The notes below the pieces were generated by a model. It did not search any database. It had not been told where the DNA came from and worked only from the letters and a program-made list of their open reading frames with translations. Position numbers and translations under genes: made by a program. 64,000 bases of DNA, from contig OZ219791.1 of assembly GCA_964291215.2 (NCBI GenBank), positions 2,080,001-2,144,000 of the forward strand, in the 5' to 3' direction. Positions 39,735-50,498 of the stretch are shown here, one piece after another; position 1 is the first letter of the stretch, and every line of letters starts with the position of its first letter. This DNA comes from Alphaproteobacteria bacterium (GTDB taxonomy: Bacteria > Pseudomonadota > Alphaproteobacteria > MPNO01 > UBA830).

Positions 39735-40971
39735 GATTACGCAACCTGATGTCTGGAAATTGTCGTGAAGCTCTCAGTCATCGAGCTGTTCCCATTTGAT
39801 CTTGGTTTCGGTTTCCCATTTTTCGTCGATGAGGACCGCGGTTGAGAGGCGCTCCAACGAGGCGAGGTTCGGAAAGACCCTGACTTTGGAGGTGCGCCGC
39901 TTGAGCTCTTGCTGGATCGGTCGCTCGATGCCATTCGAGGTTCGCATGCGCTTGTGGTGAGCATCGGGCAAGGTGAAGACAGCGAGCCCCGCATTGTTTT
40001 CCAGCCAGGAAGCCTGGATGCTTGTCGCGATAGCTGGCCACGAGGGCGCCCGGTTCAGCCTCGGCGGTTTGGAGTGAGGAGGCGTGGCTCTGAGCTGTTT
40101 TCCAATACGTTTCCTGATGTCGTTGTCCGGTGCACGGCGTTTTGTGCCAAGTGGAACTGGCAGCGCTGCCATGTCGCCGCGCCCAGCACCGCGCGTCGTG
40201 CCGCTTTCAGCCCGGCATCCGAGACGATGAAGGTCGTACCATGCAGGGCTAGCAAGCTTTCCAGGAAGGCTCTCCAATGGACCTCGGCCTCGGAGAGCGC
40301 CACAGAGAGTCTCAGAACGTGCCTGCAGCCCCTATTCCGATGGCCGAGAGCACTGCAACATCGCGCACAACGCCGTCATGGCGGGCTTTTTCATAGCGCG
40401 CATCCAGGTATTTCATCAGGGGCCGGTTGCGCGGCGAGTTCTTCATCGAGCAACCTGGTGGCCCCCTGAGAAGAGGACAGGCTCCCGAACTCGCGCATTA
40501 CATCTTGCCGCGTGGAAACACCCTTGATGCACATCTCGGCTACGGCGCGAGAAGATCGCTGGCCGCGTTCAAGCGACTGGGGGGTCGTCCCCGTGACCGG
40601 CCGTCTTTGGCACCTGAACGGTAACAGTGGGGGTGTCGATCCGCTTGTAGCCGTTGGCATAGCCCTGTCGCTCCGGCGTCCGGTGGCCCGCTTTCAAGTG
40701 CTGCTCGCGCTCGATTTGCATCGCAAGCTCGAAGAGCTGACCAAAGATCCGCCCCAGATCCGTTGCTCCGTTTGCGATCAGATGTTCCAAAACGGCCTCA
40801 ATCGTCGTAGTGTGTCGCAGGTCCATTCGCTTCCTCCATGAAGGTTTTACAACTCCATGGGATAGTACGATGGCGCTGCGTTTCACTGGGGGGCTAGCCC
40901 CCCCCCCCCCCCAGTGAAACGCCTCAAAGCGCAAACCCCAGACAAATTTCCAGACATCAAGTTACAGTACC
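39735..40971 (-). mobile_element. IS256-family element copy 2 (decayed)
   Basis: Near-identical to 8291-9509 including both IRs; no matching TSD (GATCGCAG vs GATGTCCC). Confidence 0.92.
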
Positions 40972-41054
40972 GATGTCCCCCTGACCTCGTGAGTTGACTT
41001 GATCCGTCCGGCTCCCCTTTTTTCCAGCACAATCAACGATTTTCTCGGTTTTGC

Positions 41055-41083
41055 TTGACAACGTAGCCGCGCGATGATACGAT
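41055..41083 (+). promoter_or_regulatory. Sigma70-type promoter
   Basis: TTGACA-17 bp-TACGAT with extended -10 TG; only a short HTH-like remnant follows. Confidence 0.5.
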
Positions 41084-41341
41084 ATACCATGATGCCTAGA
41101 ATTGGATGGCCTAGGTCATGAACACGCTCGCGATGCACCCTCTTGAAGCCGTCCAGATCGGAACCTCAAAGAAACCTGCAGGCGGCGTGAGCCGCGCGAC
41201 CGTGCAGCGGGCGGTGAATAAGCTCCGGAACCGGCCTCCGCATGATCTATGAACCGTCAGACAACGCACGCAAACTCGGCCCAGAAGCATCACTCTGATT
41301 GGAAGAAATCAAAGCCGAGGTCAGGGCGTCTGAACTCGGGG

Positions 41342-41399
41342 AAAACCCGTTCGTTGCTCTACCCCGACGTCAAGCCGGAACCAGGGGGTGAGCAGTTGC
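41342..41399 (-). repeat. Isolated IS66 left-end fragment
   Basis: Near-identical to 60181-60238; terminal GTAAC mutated to GCAAC. Confidence 0.8.
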
Positions 41400-41470
41400 C
41401 AGGAAAGAAGGGATCCGGCGAGCCGTCGCAGGCTTCCGCCGACTGACGCCGGGAGATGCGTTGTCGGCGA

Positions 41471-42256
41471 TCAGAGCTCGGCGATTGTCGTTCGCGGAAA
41501 GTCCGGCTTGATCGAATCGGTCGAAAGAAGCGACCGGCGTCGACGCCGGAGAGCGGCGTCTGAAATGTGTCCCATGATGAACGTGTCGAGATCCGCTCCC
41601 GGATCAAGACGGTCGCGCGCGAAGGCAAGCATTTCGGTTTGCGTCATGTGCCCGAAGTTCCGGCCTTCGGCCTTGATTTCGGAAAGTGCCACCGGATTGC
41701 CGCTGACATTCACGCAGCCGACGGCCGCCGTGTAGACGTGGATGCAGGACAGTTCCTCGCCGGTCTCGCATATTTCGACATGGGCATCGTTGAGCCGGTC
41801 GAAGCTGTAGGTCGGCTCGGTCTCGTGCATGCGCGCAAGCTGGACCTCGTCCAGCCACAGGACGTAGGTCGAAACGATGGTTCCCGGAGATGGGCAGAAA
41901 GTCGCGGGAATCGAACCGTAGGACGCCAGCTGCGCGGCATAGACGGTGTCGAAGCCGTGGAATCTGGCGTGCTGCACCGGTATTTCGGCGTCCTTGCCGG
42001 AAGCGGCATACTTCCGGGCGATCTGCTCGTGGGACTGGTTCGATCCGGCGCCGAGAACGGGTACACGCCCGGTCCGATCGAAATCATGGTCTTCCAGGGG
42101 ATGCGCGCCCCCCGCGCGAAAGAGGTACGAACGTCCCGGCAGTGGAAACGGATAGGATTTGGCGTACGTCGTTGTCTTGCCGAACGCCGGACTTGATGGC
42201 GGGGTAGGCAGGGATTCATCAGTCACGGAAGGCTGCGCACTGATACCGTCATTCAT
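41471..42256 (-). CDS. Hypothetical protein, possible gamma-glutamylcyclotransferase-like fold
   Basis: Intact 261-aa ORF; VLGAGSNQ and ARMHETEPTY resemble GGCT-like YGS/E motifs. Confidence 0.6.
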   Translation of the reverse strand: MNDGISAQPSVTDESLPTPPSSPAFGKTTTYAKSYPFPLPGRSYLFRAGGAHPLEDHDFDRTGRVPVLGAGSNQSHEQIARKYAASGKDAEIPVQHARFHGFDTVYAAQLASYGSIPATFCPSPGTIVSTYVLWLDEVQLARMHETEPTYSFDRLNDAHVEICETGEELSCIHVYTAAVGCVNVSGNPVALSEIKAEGRNFGHMTQTEMLAFARDRLDPGADLDTFIMGHISDAALRRRRRSLLSTDSIKPDFPRTTIAEL

Positions 42257-42621
42257 CGCAGGACTCGTCCCTTGTCTCGCTTGTGCCGACGGCTTGCAAC
42301 CCCGGTGCCCGCGCCAAGGTCAGGGCATTGCGCCCCCTCCTGTCGCTGCGGTTATCATACGGGTTGTCCGAACCCGGCGCCAGATGCGTTCGCACTGGCG
42401 ATTCGCCACCTTGGCCGGCGCACTTGGGAAAGGTTTCGGTTCGCGCCGGGATTTCCGTATACTGCGACTTCTCCCATGTCGATGGCGATGTTGGCTGCCG
42501 CATTGCCTGTCGGAACATGACCGACGGCGTGTTCGCCCTTGCGGCTGGCGCAAGGGCGGATCGGTCGTTCGGTCGGGCATTAGTCCCCGTGATCGAGTTG
42601 TTGTTCTGAAAGCGGACGCCG

Positions 42622-43536
42622 ATGAGATTGAGGAATCCCCTGCAACTGATCGAGGAAATGGACCGCTTCCCACCGGAGGTGCGGGGGAGCCTGCTGGTGC
42701 TGTTTTCCGGTGCGTTCTTTGCCTCGATGCATGGTTCCGTCCGCCTGCTTTCGCGCGAACTGGATGCGCTGGAGATTGCCTTTTTCAGGGCGCTGTTCGG
42801 TTTTCTCTTCTTCGCCCCGGCGCTTCTGCGCTCGCGACTATTGATCCTGCGGACGCGTCGGCCGGCGCTTCATCTCGTGCGGGGCGTGTTCAATGGCGGC
42901 TCGCTGCTGTGCTGGTTTACGGCGCTGAGCCTGGTCCCGCTCGGCGATGCCACGGCGCTTTCGCTCGGTGGGCCCGTTGTCGTCACCCTTGGCGCCATGT
43001 TGTTCCTCGGGGAACGGGCCCACCGCGCCCGCTGGCTCGCAATCGTCCTCGGGGTGGCAGGCGGCCTGGTTATTGTCCGCCCCGGGTTCCAGACCATCGA
43101 CTACGGCATGATCCTGGTCCTGATTTCGATTTTCTTGGTCTCCGCGTCCAAGCTTATGGCCAAATCCCTCGCGCGCACCGACGAGCCGGCAACCATCGTC
43201 GCCTATCTGTCGCTCATGATGATGATTCCGTCCGGTGTGGCGGCCGTCTTCGTATGGCAGACGCCAACGCTCGAGCAGTTTGCGATCCTCGCCCTGATCG
43301 GGTTCCTCGGCAGTTCGGGGCACATGCTGCTGACGACTGCCTACAAGATCACCGATATCTCGGCTGTCGAACCTGTCGTGTTCGCCCGGCTCGGCTGGGC
43401 CGCCCTCGTCGGCTGGATCCTTTTCGGCGAGTTTCCGGGGGCGTGGATATGGGCAGGCGCCGTCCTGATCGGCGTCGCCTCGATATTGCTCGCACGCTCG
43501 GAAACGCGCCGGCAGCGGGCTGGCCGGCAATCCTGA
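42622..43536 (+). CDS. DMT/EamA family transporter
   Basis: About 10 TM helices; EIAFFR, FLGER, LVIVRPG, ILFGEFP. Confidence 0.9.
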   Translation: MRLRNPLQLIEEMDRFPPEVRGSLLVLFSGAFFASMHGSVRLLSRELDALEIAFFRALFGFLFFAPALLRSRLLILRTRRPALHLVRGVFNGGSLLCWFTALSLVPLGDATALSLGGPVVVTLGAMLFLGERAHRARWLAIVLGVAGGLVIVRPGFQTIDYGMILVLISIFLVSASKLMAKSLARTDEPATIVAYLSLMMMIPSGVAAVFVWQTPTLEQFAILALIGFLGSSGHMLLTTAYKITDISAVEPVVFARLGWAALVGWILFGEFPGAWIWAGAVLIGVASILLARSETRRQRAGRQS

Positions 43537-43552
43537 CGGCGGCGATCCGCGA

Positions 43553-44842
43553 TCAGTCGGACTGGCTGCCCTGGCGGACGGCGCGCAATCCGATGTCACG
43601 CCTGCAGAATCCGTCGGGCCAGTCGATCCGGTCGATTGCGCCATAGGCGCGCTGCTGCGCCTCCGCCACCGTCGCCGCCACGGCGGTAACGCCGAGGACG
43701 CGTCCGCCGGACGATACGATCTCGCCTGTTTCGCTCCGAACTGTTGCCGCATGAAATATGGTCACTCCCTCGGTTTTCGCGGCCTCGTCGAGACCGCCGA
43801 TCACGGACCCGGCGACGACCGGACCCGGATAGCCTCGCGTGGCCATGACCACGGTCAGCGCCGCCTCGTCGTGCCAGCGGAGATCGAAGTTTCCCAGCTC
43901 GCCGTCACAGGCCGCGACCAGGGCCGGCACGATGTCGGACACCAGCCGGGGCATCAGGACCTGGCATTCGGGGTCGCCGAAACGGACGTTGAACTCGAGA
44001 AGCTTCGGACCGTCGGCGGCGAGGATCAGCCCGGCATAAAGAACGCCCCTGTAGGGCCGGCCTTCTGCCTTCATGGCCCTGACCGTCGGATGGATGATCG
44101 TGTCCATGACCGTGGCCGCAACCTCGTCGGTGCAGGCGGGCGCTGGCGAATAGGCGCCCATGCCGCCGGTATTGGGACCGGTGTCGCCGTTGCCGACGCG
44201 CTTGTGGTCCTGTGCCGACGCCAGCGGCAGGGCATGTTCGCCGTCGACCAGCGCAAAGAAGCTCAGCTCTTCGCCTTCGAGGAATTCCTCGATGACGATC
44301 TCCCGGCCGGCGGCCCCGAAGGTTCTTTTCGTGAGCATGTCTTCCACGGCCCGCGCCGCCTCGCCGGCGGTGTCGCAGATGATCACGCCCTTGCCTGCGG
44401 CGAGGCCGTCGGCCTTGACGACGATCGGCGCGCCGGTGGCCGCGATATAGGCCTTCGCCGCTTCCGGTTCGGAGAATCGTCCATAGGCTGCGGTGGGAAT
44501 TCCGTGGCGGGCGCACAGATCCTTCATGAAACCCTTCGATGCCTCAAGTATCGCTGCGTCCGCGCCGGGCCCGAAGGCGCGTATGCCGAGCGTTGCAAGC
44601 CGGTCGGCCAACCCGGCCGCCAGCGGTGCCTCCGGTCCGATGACCACGAGGTCCATCGCCTGCTCCCGCGCAAAACCGGCGAGTCCATCGACATCGGCGG
44701 TCTCGATGCCGACGCATTCCGCGTTTGCGGCTATGCCGGCATTGCCGGGCGCGCACCAGAGCTTGTCGACCAGCGGCGAGGCCGCGATCGCCCAGCACAG
44801 GGCATGTTCCCTTCCGCCGCTTCCGACGACCAGTATCTTCAT
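43553..44842 (-). CDS. purD: Phosphoribosylamine--glycine ligase
   Basis: [56 protein letters not shown]. Confidence 0.97.
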   Translation of the reverse strand: MKILVVGSGGREHALCWAIAASPLVDKLWCAPGNAGIAANAECVGIETADVDGLAGFAREQAMDLVVIGPEAPLAAGLADRLATLGIRAFGPGADAAILEASKGFMKDLCARHGIPTAAYGRFSEPEAAKAYIAATGAPIVVKADGLAAGKGVIICDTAGEAARAVEDMLTKRTFGAAGREIVIEEFLEGEELSFFALVDGEHALPLASAQDHKRVGNGDTGPNTGGMGAYSPAPACTDEVAATVMDTIIHPTVRAMKAEGRPYRGVLYAGLILAADGPKLLEFNVRFGDPECQVLMPRLVSDIVPALVAACDGELGNFDLRWHDEAALTVVMATRGYPGPVVAGSVIGGLDEAAKTEGVTIFHAATVRSETGEIVSSGGRVLGVTAVAATVAEAQQRAYGAIDRIDWPDGFCRRDIGLRAVRQGSQSD

Positions 44843-44922
44843 GGGCAGGCCTCTTGCGGCCCGCTCGGAGCGACCGCGATCTGTGGCACGGATGCAATCG
44901 AGCATATAAGATGCGAATCATC

Positions 44923-46452
44923 ATGACCGATCAATACCCCGAATCCTCCGGCGGTCCCGAGGTTGCAAGCAATGTCGCGGAATTCACCGTCGGCGAGATC
45001 TCGAACGCCATCAAGCGGGCACTGGAAACCCGATTTGACCGCATTCGTGTGCGCGGAGAGGTTGGGCGCACCAACTATCACGGGTCTGGGCACCTCTATT
45101 TCACGCTCAAGGATGCGGACGCCGCGATGGACGCCGTTGCTTGGCGGGCTACGGCGGGCCGCCTGTCGTTGCGCCTCGAGGAGGGCATGGAGGTCATCTG
45201 CACCGGCCGCATCTCGTCCTATGCCAAGACCTCCCGCTACCAGATCGTCGTTGAGGCGGTGGAGCTGGCTGGTGAAGGTGCGCTGCTGAAGCTGTTCGAG
45301 GACCGCCGCCGCAGGCTTGCCGCCGAAGGCCTGTTCGATCCCGAAGGCAAGCAGGAACTGCCTTATCTGCCGACGACGATCGGTGTCGTGACGTCTCCGA
45401 CGGGCGCCGTGATCCACGATATCCTGCACCGCCTTGAGGATCGTTTCCCTACTCGCGTCCTGCTGTGGCCGGTGCCGGTCCAGGGCGACGGCGCCGCTGC
45501 GAGAATTGCAGCGGCGATCGAAGGATTTAACGCATTCCCCGAAGACGGCGAGGTGCCGCGTCCCGACCTGCTGATCGTCGCCCGCGGCGGCGGCAGTCTG
45601 GAGGATCTTTGGCAGTTCAACGAGGAGGAGGTGGTGTACGCCGCCGCGACCTCCTTGATACCGCTGATTTCGGCCATCGGGCACGAGACCGACACGACGC
45701 TGATTGACTTTGCCGCTGACCGTCGCGCGCCGACGCCGACCGCTGCCGCCGAAATCGCCGTTCCCGTCCGCGTCGAGCTTCATGCCGCGATCACTGAGAT
45801 TGGACGCCGGCTTGGCGCCGCGGCCTCGCGCCTGCTCGAGGAACGGCGCATCCGCGTCGAGGGCCTGGGGCGCGGCCTTCCGCGTCCCGAGCGCCTCTTC
45901 GAGGGTGCGATGCAGTCTCTCGACCACGAGACAGAACGCCTGTTCTCGGCCATGACGCGGCGGATGGACCACGCCGCTTCGCGCTTGGGCACCGCTTCGG
46001 CGGTGCTGCGGCATCCGCGCCACCTGCTGGAGCGAAGCGGACGGGAAATCGCCGAATTCGACCGCCGGCTCGACGCTGCCGTGGCGGCCCTTGTCCGCGA
46101 GCGTGGTGCACGGTTTCGCGGGCTCGCGCCGGCGGCACGCCTTGAGAGAGGCGTCCGAAATCTCCTGTCCGGAGCCGCGAACCGCCTCGAGGCCATGGAC
46201 AAGCTGCTCGAATCACTTTCCCACGAGCGCGTGCTGGAGCGGGGCTTTGCGCTGGTGCGCGATGCGGCGGAGAATCCGGTGACCGCCGCCGCGGCCACTC
46301 ACGCCGGCCAGGAAGTGGTGCTTCAGTTCAGCGACGGCGCTGTCACCGCGACGATAGCCGGCCCGTCCGGAACGAAAAAGCGCGGGACGGGTCGCCGCGG
46401 GCGCGCCAAGAAGGCGCCCAGCGCGGTGTCGCTGCAGCGTTCCCTGTTCTGA
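44923..46452 (+). CDS. xseA: Exodeoxyribonuclease VII large subunit
   Basis: SGHLYFTLKD, IGVVTSPTGAVIHDI, ARGGGSLEDLW.FN, GHETD..L.DF.AD.RAPTPTAAAE. Confidence 0.97.
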   Translation: MTDQYPESSGGPEVASNVAEFTVGEISNAIKRALETRFDRIRVRGEVGRTNYHGSGHLYFTLKDADAAMDAVAWRATAGRLSLRLEEGMEVICTGRISSYAKTSRYQIVVEAVELAGEGALLKLFEDRRRRLAAEGLFDPEGKQELPYLPTTIGVVTSPTGAVIHDILHRLEDRFPTRVLLWPVPVQGDGAAARIAAAIEGFNAFPEDGEVPRPDLLIVARGGGSLEDLWQFNEEEVVYAAATSLIPLISAIGHETDTTLIDFAADRRAPTPTAAAEIAVPVRVELHAAITEIGRRLGAAASRLLEERRIRVEGLGRGLPRPERLFEGAMQSLDHETERLFSAMTRRMDHAASRLGTASAVLRHPRHLLERSGREIAEFDRRLDAAVAALVRERGARFRGLAPAARLERGVRNLLSGAANRLEAMDKLLESLSHERVLERGFALVRDAAENPVTAAAATHAGQEVVLQFSDGAVTATIAGPSGTKKRGTGRRGRAKKAPSAVSLQRSLF

Positions 46453-46472
46453 TTTCTGTGCGGCCCGTCGGC

Positions 46473-47288
46473 ATGCTGCGCCGGTGGCTGACGCTCGGCA
46501 TCGCCACGGTCGCGCTCGCAGCCACGCAAGCGGACGCCGTGACGCTGCGCGGCGCGCTTGTCCAGGGCGGCATGATCGTCGGCGAGACGGAACCCGACAA
46601 CAGGGTCGAACTTGACGGCCGAACACTCGCTGTCGATCGGGATGGCCGCTTCGTTTTCGGATTCGGCCATGACGCCGGCGCGTCGGCCGTCCTCGACATC
46701 ACGCTCGCCAACGGCGGACGCGAGAGCCGCAGGCTGTCGATAGGGCAGCGCCGGTACCGCATCCAGCGCATCGACGGCCTTCCGCAACGCATGGTTACGC
46801 CGTCGGCGCGACAGCTCGCGCGTATCCGTGCCGAGGGCAGAAAAATCGCATCGGCGCGGGCGACGCAGTCGGCGCTGCCGCACTTTGCCGGGAAGTTCAT
46901 CTGGCCGGTGAAAGGCGTGGTCTCAGGCGTCTATGGCAGCCGGCGGATTCTGAACGGCAAGCCGCGCCGCCCGCATCTCGGCGTCGATATTGCCGTTCGG
47001 GCGGGCACACCGGTCAGGGCCGCCGCCGCCGGCGCGGTAACGCTTGCAGAACACGACCTCTATTTTACCGGCGGGACGGTGATCATCGATCACGGGCTCG
47101 GGATATCAACCGTGTATTCGCACTTGCGTGCGCTGCATGTGGAGGCCGGGAACAGCGTGGCGCAAGGCGACGTGATTGCCACCGTCGGATCGACCGGCCG
47201 CTCGACCGGGCCGCATCTCGACTGGCGGATCAACTGGTTTCAGGAACGCCTCGATCCGGTCCTGATCGTCGGCCCGATGCCGCAATGA
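46473..47288 (+). CDS. M23 family metallopeptidase
   Basis: Signal peptide; PHLGVD (HxxxD), DHG.G..TVYSHL, STGPHLDW. Confidence 0.92.
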   Translation: MLRRWLTLGIATVALAATQADAVTLRGALVQGGMIVGETEPDNRVELDGRTLAVDRDGRFVFGFGHDAGASAVLDITLANGGRESRRLSIGQRRYRIQRIDGLPQRMVTPSARQLARIRAEGRKIASARATQSALPHFAGKFIWPVKGVVSGVYGSRRILNGKPRRPHLGVDIAVRAGTPVRAAAAGAVTLAEHDLYFTGGTVIIDHGLGISTVYSHLRALHVEAGNSVAQGDVIATVGSTGRSTGPHLDWRINWFQERLDPVLIVGPMPQ

Positions 47289-47299
47289 CCGCCGCCGCA

Positions 47300-48229
47300 T
47301 CAGACGCGCTCGCCGGCCTTGGTTTCCTTGCGTTCCGGATTCTTGCCCCACCGCCAGTGGAACCAGAACCACTGTTCCGGCCGTGCGCGGATCCATTCGC
47401 TCATGCGGTCGTTCACCCAGGTCATGGTGGTGTGGATGTCGGCAATCCTGTCGCCAGTGTCGACCGGAGGCCGGGGCTGCTCGACCGTCACCCTGAAACA
47501 CGCCGCCCCGGTGCGTTCCGTCCGCACCGGCACCAGCAGCGCGCCATGCCTGAGCGCGAGGCTGGCGGGCGCTGACGGTGTCATTGCCGTCCGGCCGAGG
47601 AACGGGACCGCTACGCCGGAGCCGAGGCGCACGTCAACCAGCAGCAGGACGTGGCCGCCGCCAGCGACAAGCGCCGTGAGCTGGCGCGCGCCTTCGTGCC
47701 CCTTGAAGATGACCTCGGTGCCGTTCCGGTTCTGCACGCGTTTCACCTCGGCACCGACAAGCGGGTTGTTGATCGTGCGGTTTACCACGGTGACGTTCAG
47801 GCCGTGCCTCCGAGCCGCGAGCGGGATCATCTCCCAGTTGCCGGTGTGGGCGGTTAACAGAATTCCGGGCTTCCCGCTCCGGTGCAGTGTCTCGAGATGC
47901 TCGCCGCCCACGAGTTCCACGCGCCCCTCCTGGTCCGCGCAGATCCTGTCGAGGTTCCAGTAGTCGCAGAGGACCCGGCACGAAAACTCGCAGACGCCGG
48001 CGACCAGCCTTTCGCGTTCGCTCTCGGGCATGTCAGGCCATATGAATCGCAGATTGGACCGTACGCGGTCGCTCCAGCCGAGCCGCGGCCCGACAATTCG
48101 GGCGAGAGCGGCGATGGCGTTGGACGCGGTGTCGAGGGGAAGAAGACGCGAGAGGTCTCCTGCCGTGCAGCCGATGAAATACTCGATGTAGTGGAGAAGC
48201 GTCGGGCGCCTCCGCTCGCTGCGCGCCAC
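47300..48229 (-). CDS. lpxL: Lipid A lauroyl/acyltransferase (LpxL/HtrB family)
   Basis: AHTGNWE, PEQWFWFHWRW; lipid A operon context. Confidence 0.85.
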   Translation of the reverse strand: MARSERRRPTLLHYIEYFIGCTAGDLSRLLPLDTASNAIAALARIVGPRLGWSDRVRSNLRFIWPDMPESERERLVAGVCEFSCRVLCDYWNLDRICADQEGRVELVGGEHLETLHRSGKPGILLTAHTGNWEMIPLAARRHGLNVTVVNRTINNPLVGAEVKRVQNRNGTEVIFKGHEGARQLTALVAGGGHVLLLVDVRLGSGVAVPFLGRTAMTPSAPASLALRHGALLVPVRTERTGAACFRVTVEQPRPPVDTGDRIADIHTTMTWVNDRMSEWIRARPEQWFWFHWRWGKNPERKETKAGERV

Positions 48230-48232
48230 CGG

Positions 48233-49204
48233 TCAGGCCCCCGCACCGAGCATCGTGTCGACCGCATGATCAAAGATGTCGGGATCACGCCATTCGAGTT
48301 CGACACGGAGGCATTCGACCATGGGCTGCGCTTCTGGCGGAAGGCGCACCAGGTCCTTTTCTGTGGTCACTGCGGTGGCCTCGGCGGCGGCGGCCGATTC
48401 GACTAGCCGCATCACCTCGTCGGCCGCATAGGGATGGTGATCGGGAAACCGGTGGGTGGCCACGAGCTTGCAACCCATGCCTGACAGCGTCTCGAAGAAT
48501 TTTTCCGGCATGCCGATTCCCGCAAAGGCGACGACCGGCATGCCCGCCAGCCTATCCGATCCGGGGGTCGGCCGGAACCGGGCCGCCAGCACGGGCATGT
48601 CGAGTTTCTGCTCGATCCCGAAGCGGTCCTCGCCGACGAGTACGACCGCGTCGGTGCGCGCAAGCGCGGCGCGAGGCGGTTCGCGCAATGGGCCGGCGGG
48701 GATCAGCCGCCCGTTGCCCATGCCATGTCGTCCATCGATGACGAGCAGCGAAAAGTCCTTGCGCAGAGAAAAGTTCTGGAAACCGTCATCCATCACCAGG
48801 ATGCCTGCGCCGGCGGTGACGGCGGCCCGTGCGCCCGCCAGTCGATGGCGGGCGATCCAAACCGGCGCGATTCCATCGAGTAGCAGCGGTTCGTCTCCGA
48901 CATCGCGGTAGCCATGGCGCGAACGGTCGACCCGCACCGGACCCCGAGCAGAGCCGCCATAGCCGCGCGAGAGAAAATGCGGCGCTGCGCCGCGCCGGGC
49001 CAGCGCCGCGCCGACCGCGCTTGCGACCGGCGTCTTGCCGGCACCGCCGGCGACGATGTTGCCGACACACACCACGGGCACCCCCGAGTCTTGCGGGGTC
49101 GTCCGCGCCCTGCGGATTGCTGCGCCAGCATGCCACAGCGCGCCGACAGGGGAAAGGAGTCGCGGGACGTACCCGTCCCGTTGCCAGAATTCAGGCGCCT
49201 GCAT
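48233..49204 (-). CDS. lpxK: Tetraacyldisaccharide 4'-kinase
   Basis: VGNIVAGGAGKTP, SRGYGG, GDEPLLL, MDDGFQN, PAGPLRE, TTEKD. Confidence 0.96.
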   Translation of the reverse strand: MQAPEFWQRDGYVPRLLSPVGALWHAGAAIRRARTTPQDSGVPVVCVGNIVAGGAGKTPVASAVGAALARRGAAPHFLSRGYGGSARGPVRVDRSRHGYRDVGDEPLLLDGIAPVWIARHRLAGARAAVTAGAGILVMDDGFQNFSLRKDFSLLVIDGRHGMGNGRLIPAGPLREPPRAALARTDAVVLVGEDRFGIEQKLDMPVLAARFRPTPGSDRLAGMPVVAFAGIGMPEKFFETLSGMGCKLVATHRFPDHHPYAADEVMRLVESAAAAEATAVTTEKDLVRLPPEAQPMVECLRVELEWRDPDIFDHAVDTMLGAGA

Positions 49205-50498
49205 CGCCCGCGGCGGGAGCCGCCGATTCCGCCGGGATGCTGTCGAGCACGCCGTCCAGATGCGAAAACACGGTGTCGAGAATGTGCCGCCGGTCCATGG
49301 CAAGGCGCCGCGCCGCATCGATGCGATGCGCGCGGAGGGCGGCATCCGTCAAGAGTGCGCCGACTTCGAGGGCGACATCTTCTGCCGTCCGCACCACCCT
49401 CGCCGCCCCGGCGGCGCATAACTCGTTCTCGATGGTGCCGAAATTCTCCATGTGCGGTCCATGCAGGATCGCACAGCCGAGCAGCGCGGCCTCGATCGGG
49501 TTGTGTCCGCCGTGCGGCGCGAGAGAGCCTCCGACCAGGGCGATGTCGCTGAGGCTGAAGAACAGCCCCAGCTCACCTATCGTGTCTGCGAGAAGAATAT
49601 CGGTGTCGTCGGTGACCGCTTCGCCGCGGCTCCGCAGCGTCGCTCGGAGGCCGCGCCCGCGCGCCAGCTCCGCAATCTCGGGCCCGCGTCCTGGATGGCG
49701 CGGCGCGATCATCGTGAGGAGACCTGGATGGCGGCCGGCGATCTGCGCATGGGCGTCGAGCAGGATCTCCTCTTCGCCGGGATGGGTGCTGAAGGCGAGC
49801 CAGGTCGGGCGTTTGCCGATCGCCGTGCCGAGCGTCGCGAGGGTGTCCGCGGGCGCCGGGAGCGGAGCGGCGGCAAGCTTGAGATTGCCCGGGCAGACCA
49901 CGTGCGGGGCGCCGAGGTCGCGGAGTCGTTCGGCGTCGGTTTCGGTCTGCGCCATGCATAGTTCGAACATCCGAAGAAGGGCGCGGATCATCCCGCGCCC
50001 AAGCTGCCACCGCCGCCACGAGCGCGTCGAAAGACGGGCGTTTATCAGGATGGCTGGTACCTTCCGGCGACCGATCTCCGACAGCATCGCCGGCCAGAAT
50101 TCCGATTCGACCCACAGCACGAGATCCGGTTTCCAGTGGTCGAGAAAGCGCCGGACCCAGGCGACCCGGTCGACCGGAGCATATTGGTGAATGACAGTGT
50201 CGGGCAACCGGTCGGCCAGAACCTGCGCCGACGTGACGGTTGCCGACGTCATCAGCAGCGACAGCGCCGACCGATCGCGCTGCAGGCGCTCGATGACCGC
50301 CAGTACGGAGGTCGCTTCGCCGACGCTGGCTGCATGGATCCAGATGAGCGGTCCGCGGGGCCGGGCTTTCGATGCCATGCCCATTCTCTCGCCGAAGCGG
50401 TCGCCGTCCTCGCGGCCCCTCCTGAGGCGCCGCCGAAGATAGCTGTCGATGACGGGAGCGGCGATCCATGTCGCGGCGCGATAAGCGGTAATGCTCAT
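49191..50498 (-). CDS. waaA: 3-deoxy-D-manno-octulosonic acid transferase
   Basis: WIHAASVGE, ESEFWP, STHPGEE, APRHP.R, DTIGEL, GGHNPIEAA. Confidence 0.96.
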   Translation of the reverse strand: MSITAYRAATWIAAPVIDSYLRRRLRRGREDGDRFGERMGMASKARPRGPLIWIHAASVGEATSVLAVIERLQRDRSALSLLMTSATVTSAQVLADRLPDTVIHQYAPVDRVAWVRRFLDHWKPDLVLWVESEFWPAMLSEIGRRKVPAILINARLSTRSWRRWQLGRGMIRALLRMFELCMAQTETDAERLRDLGAPHVVCPGNLKLAAAPLPAPADTLATLGTAIGKRPTWLAFSTHPGEEEILLDAHAQIAGRHPGLLTMIAPRHPGRGPEIAELARGRGLRATLRSRGEAVTDDTDILLADTIGELGLFFSLSDIALVGGSLAPHGGHNPIEAALLGCAILHGPHMENFGTIENELCAAGAARVVRTAEDVALEVGALLTDAALRAHRIDAARRLAMDRRHILDTVFSHLDGVLDSIPAESAAPAAGDAGA

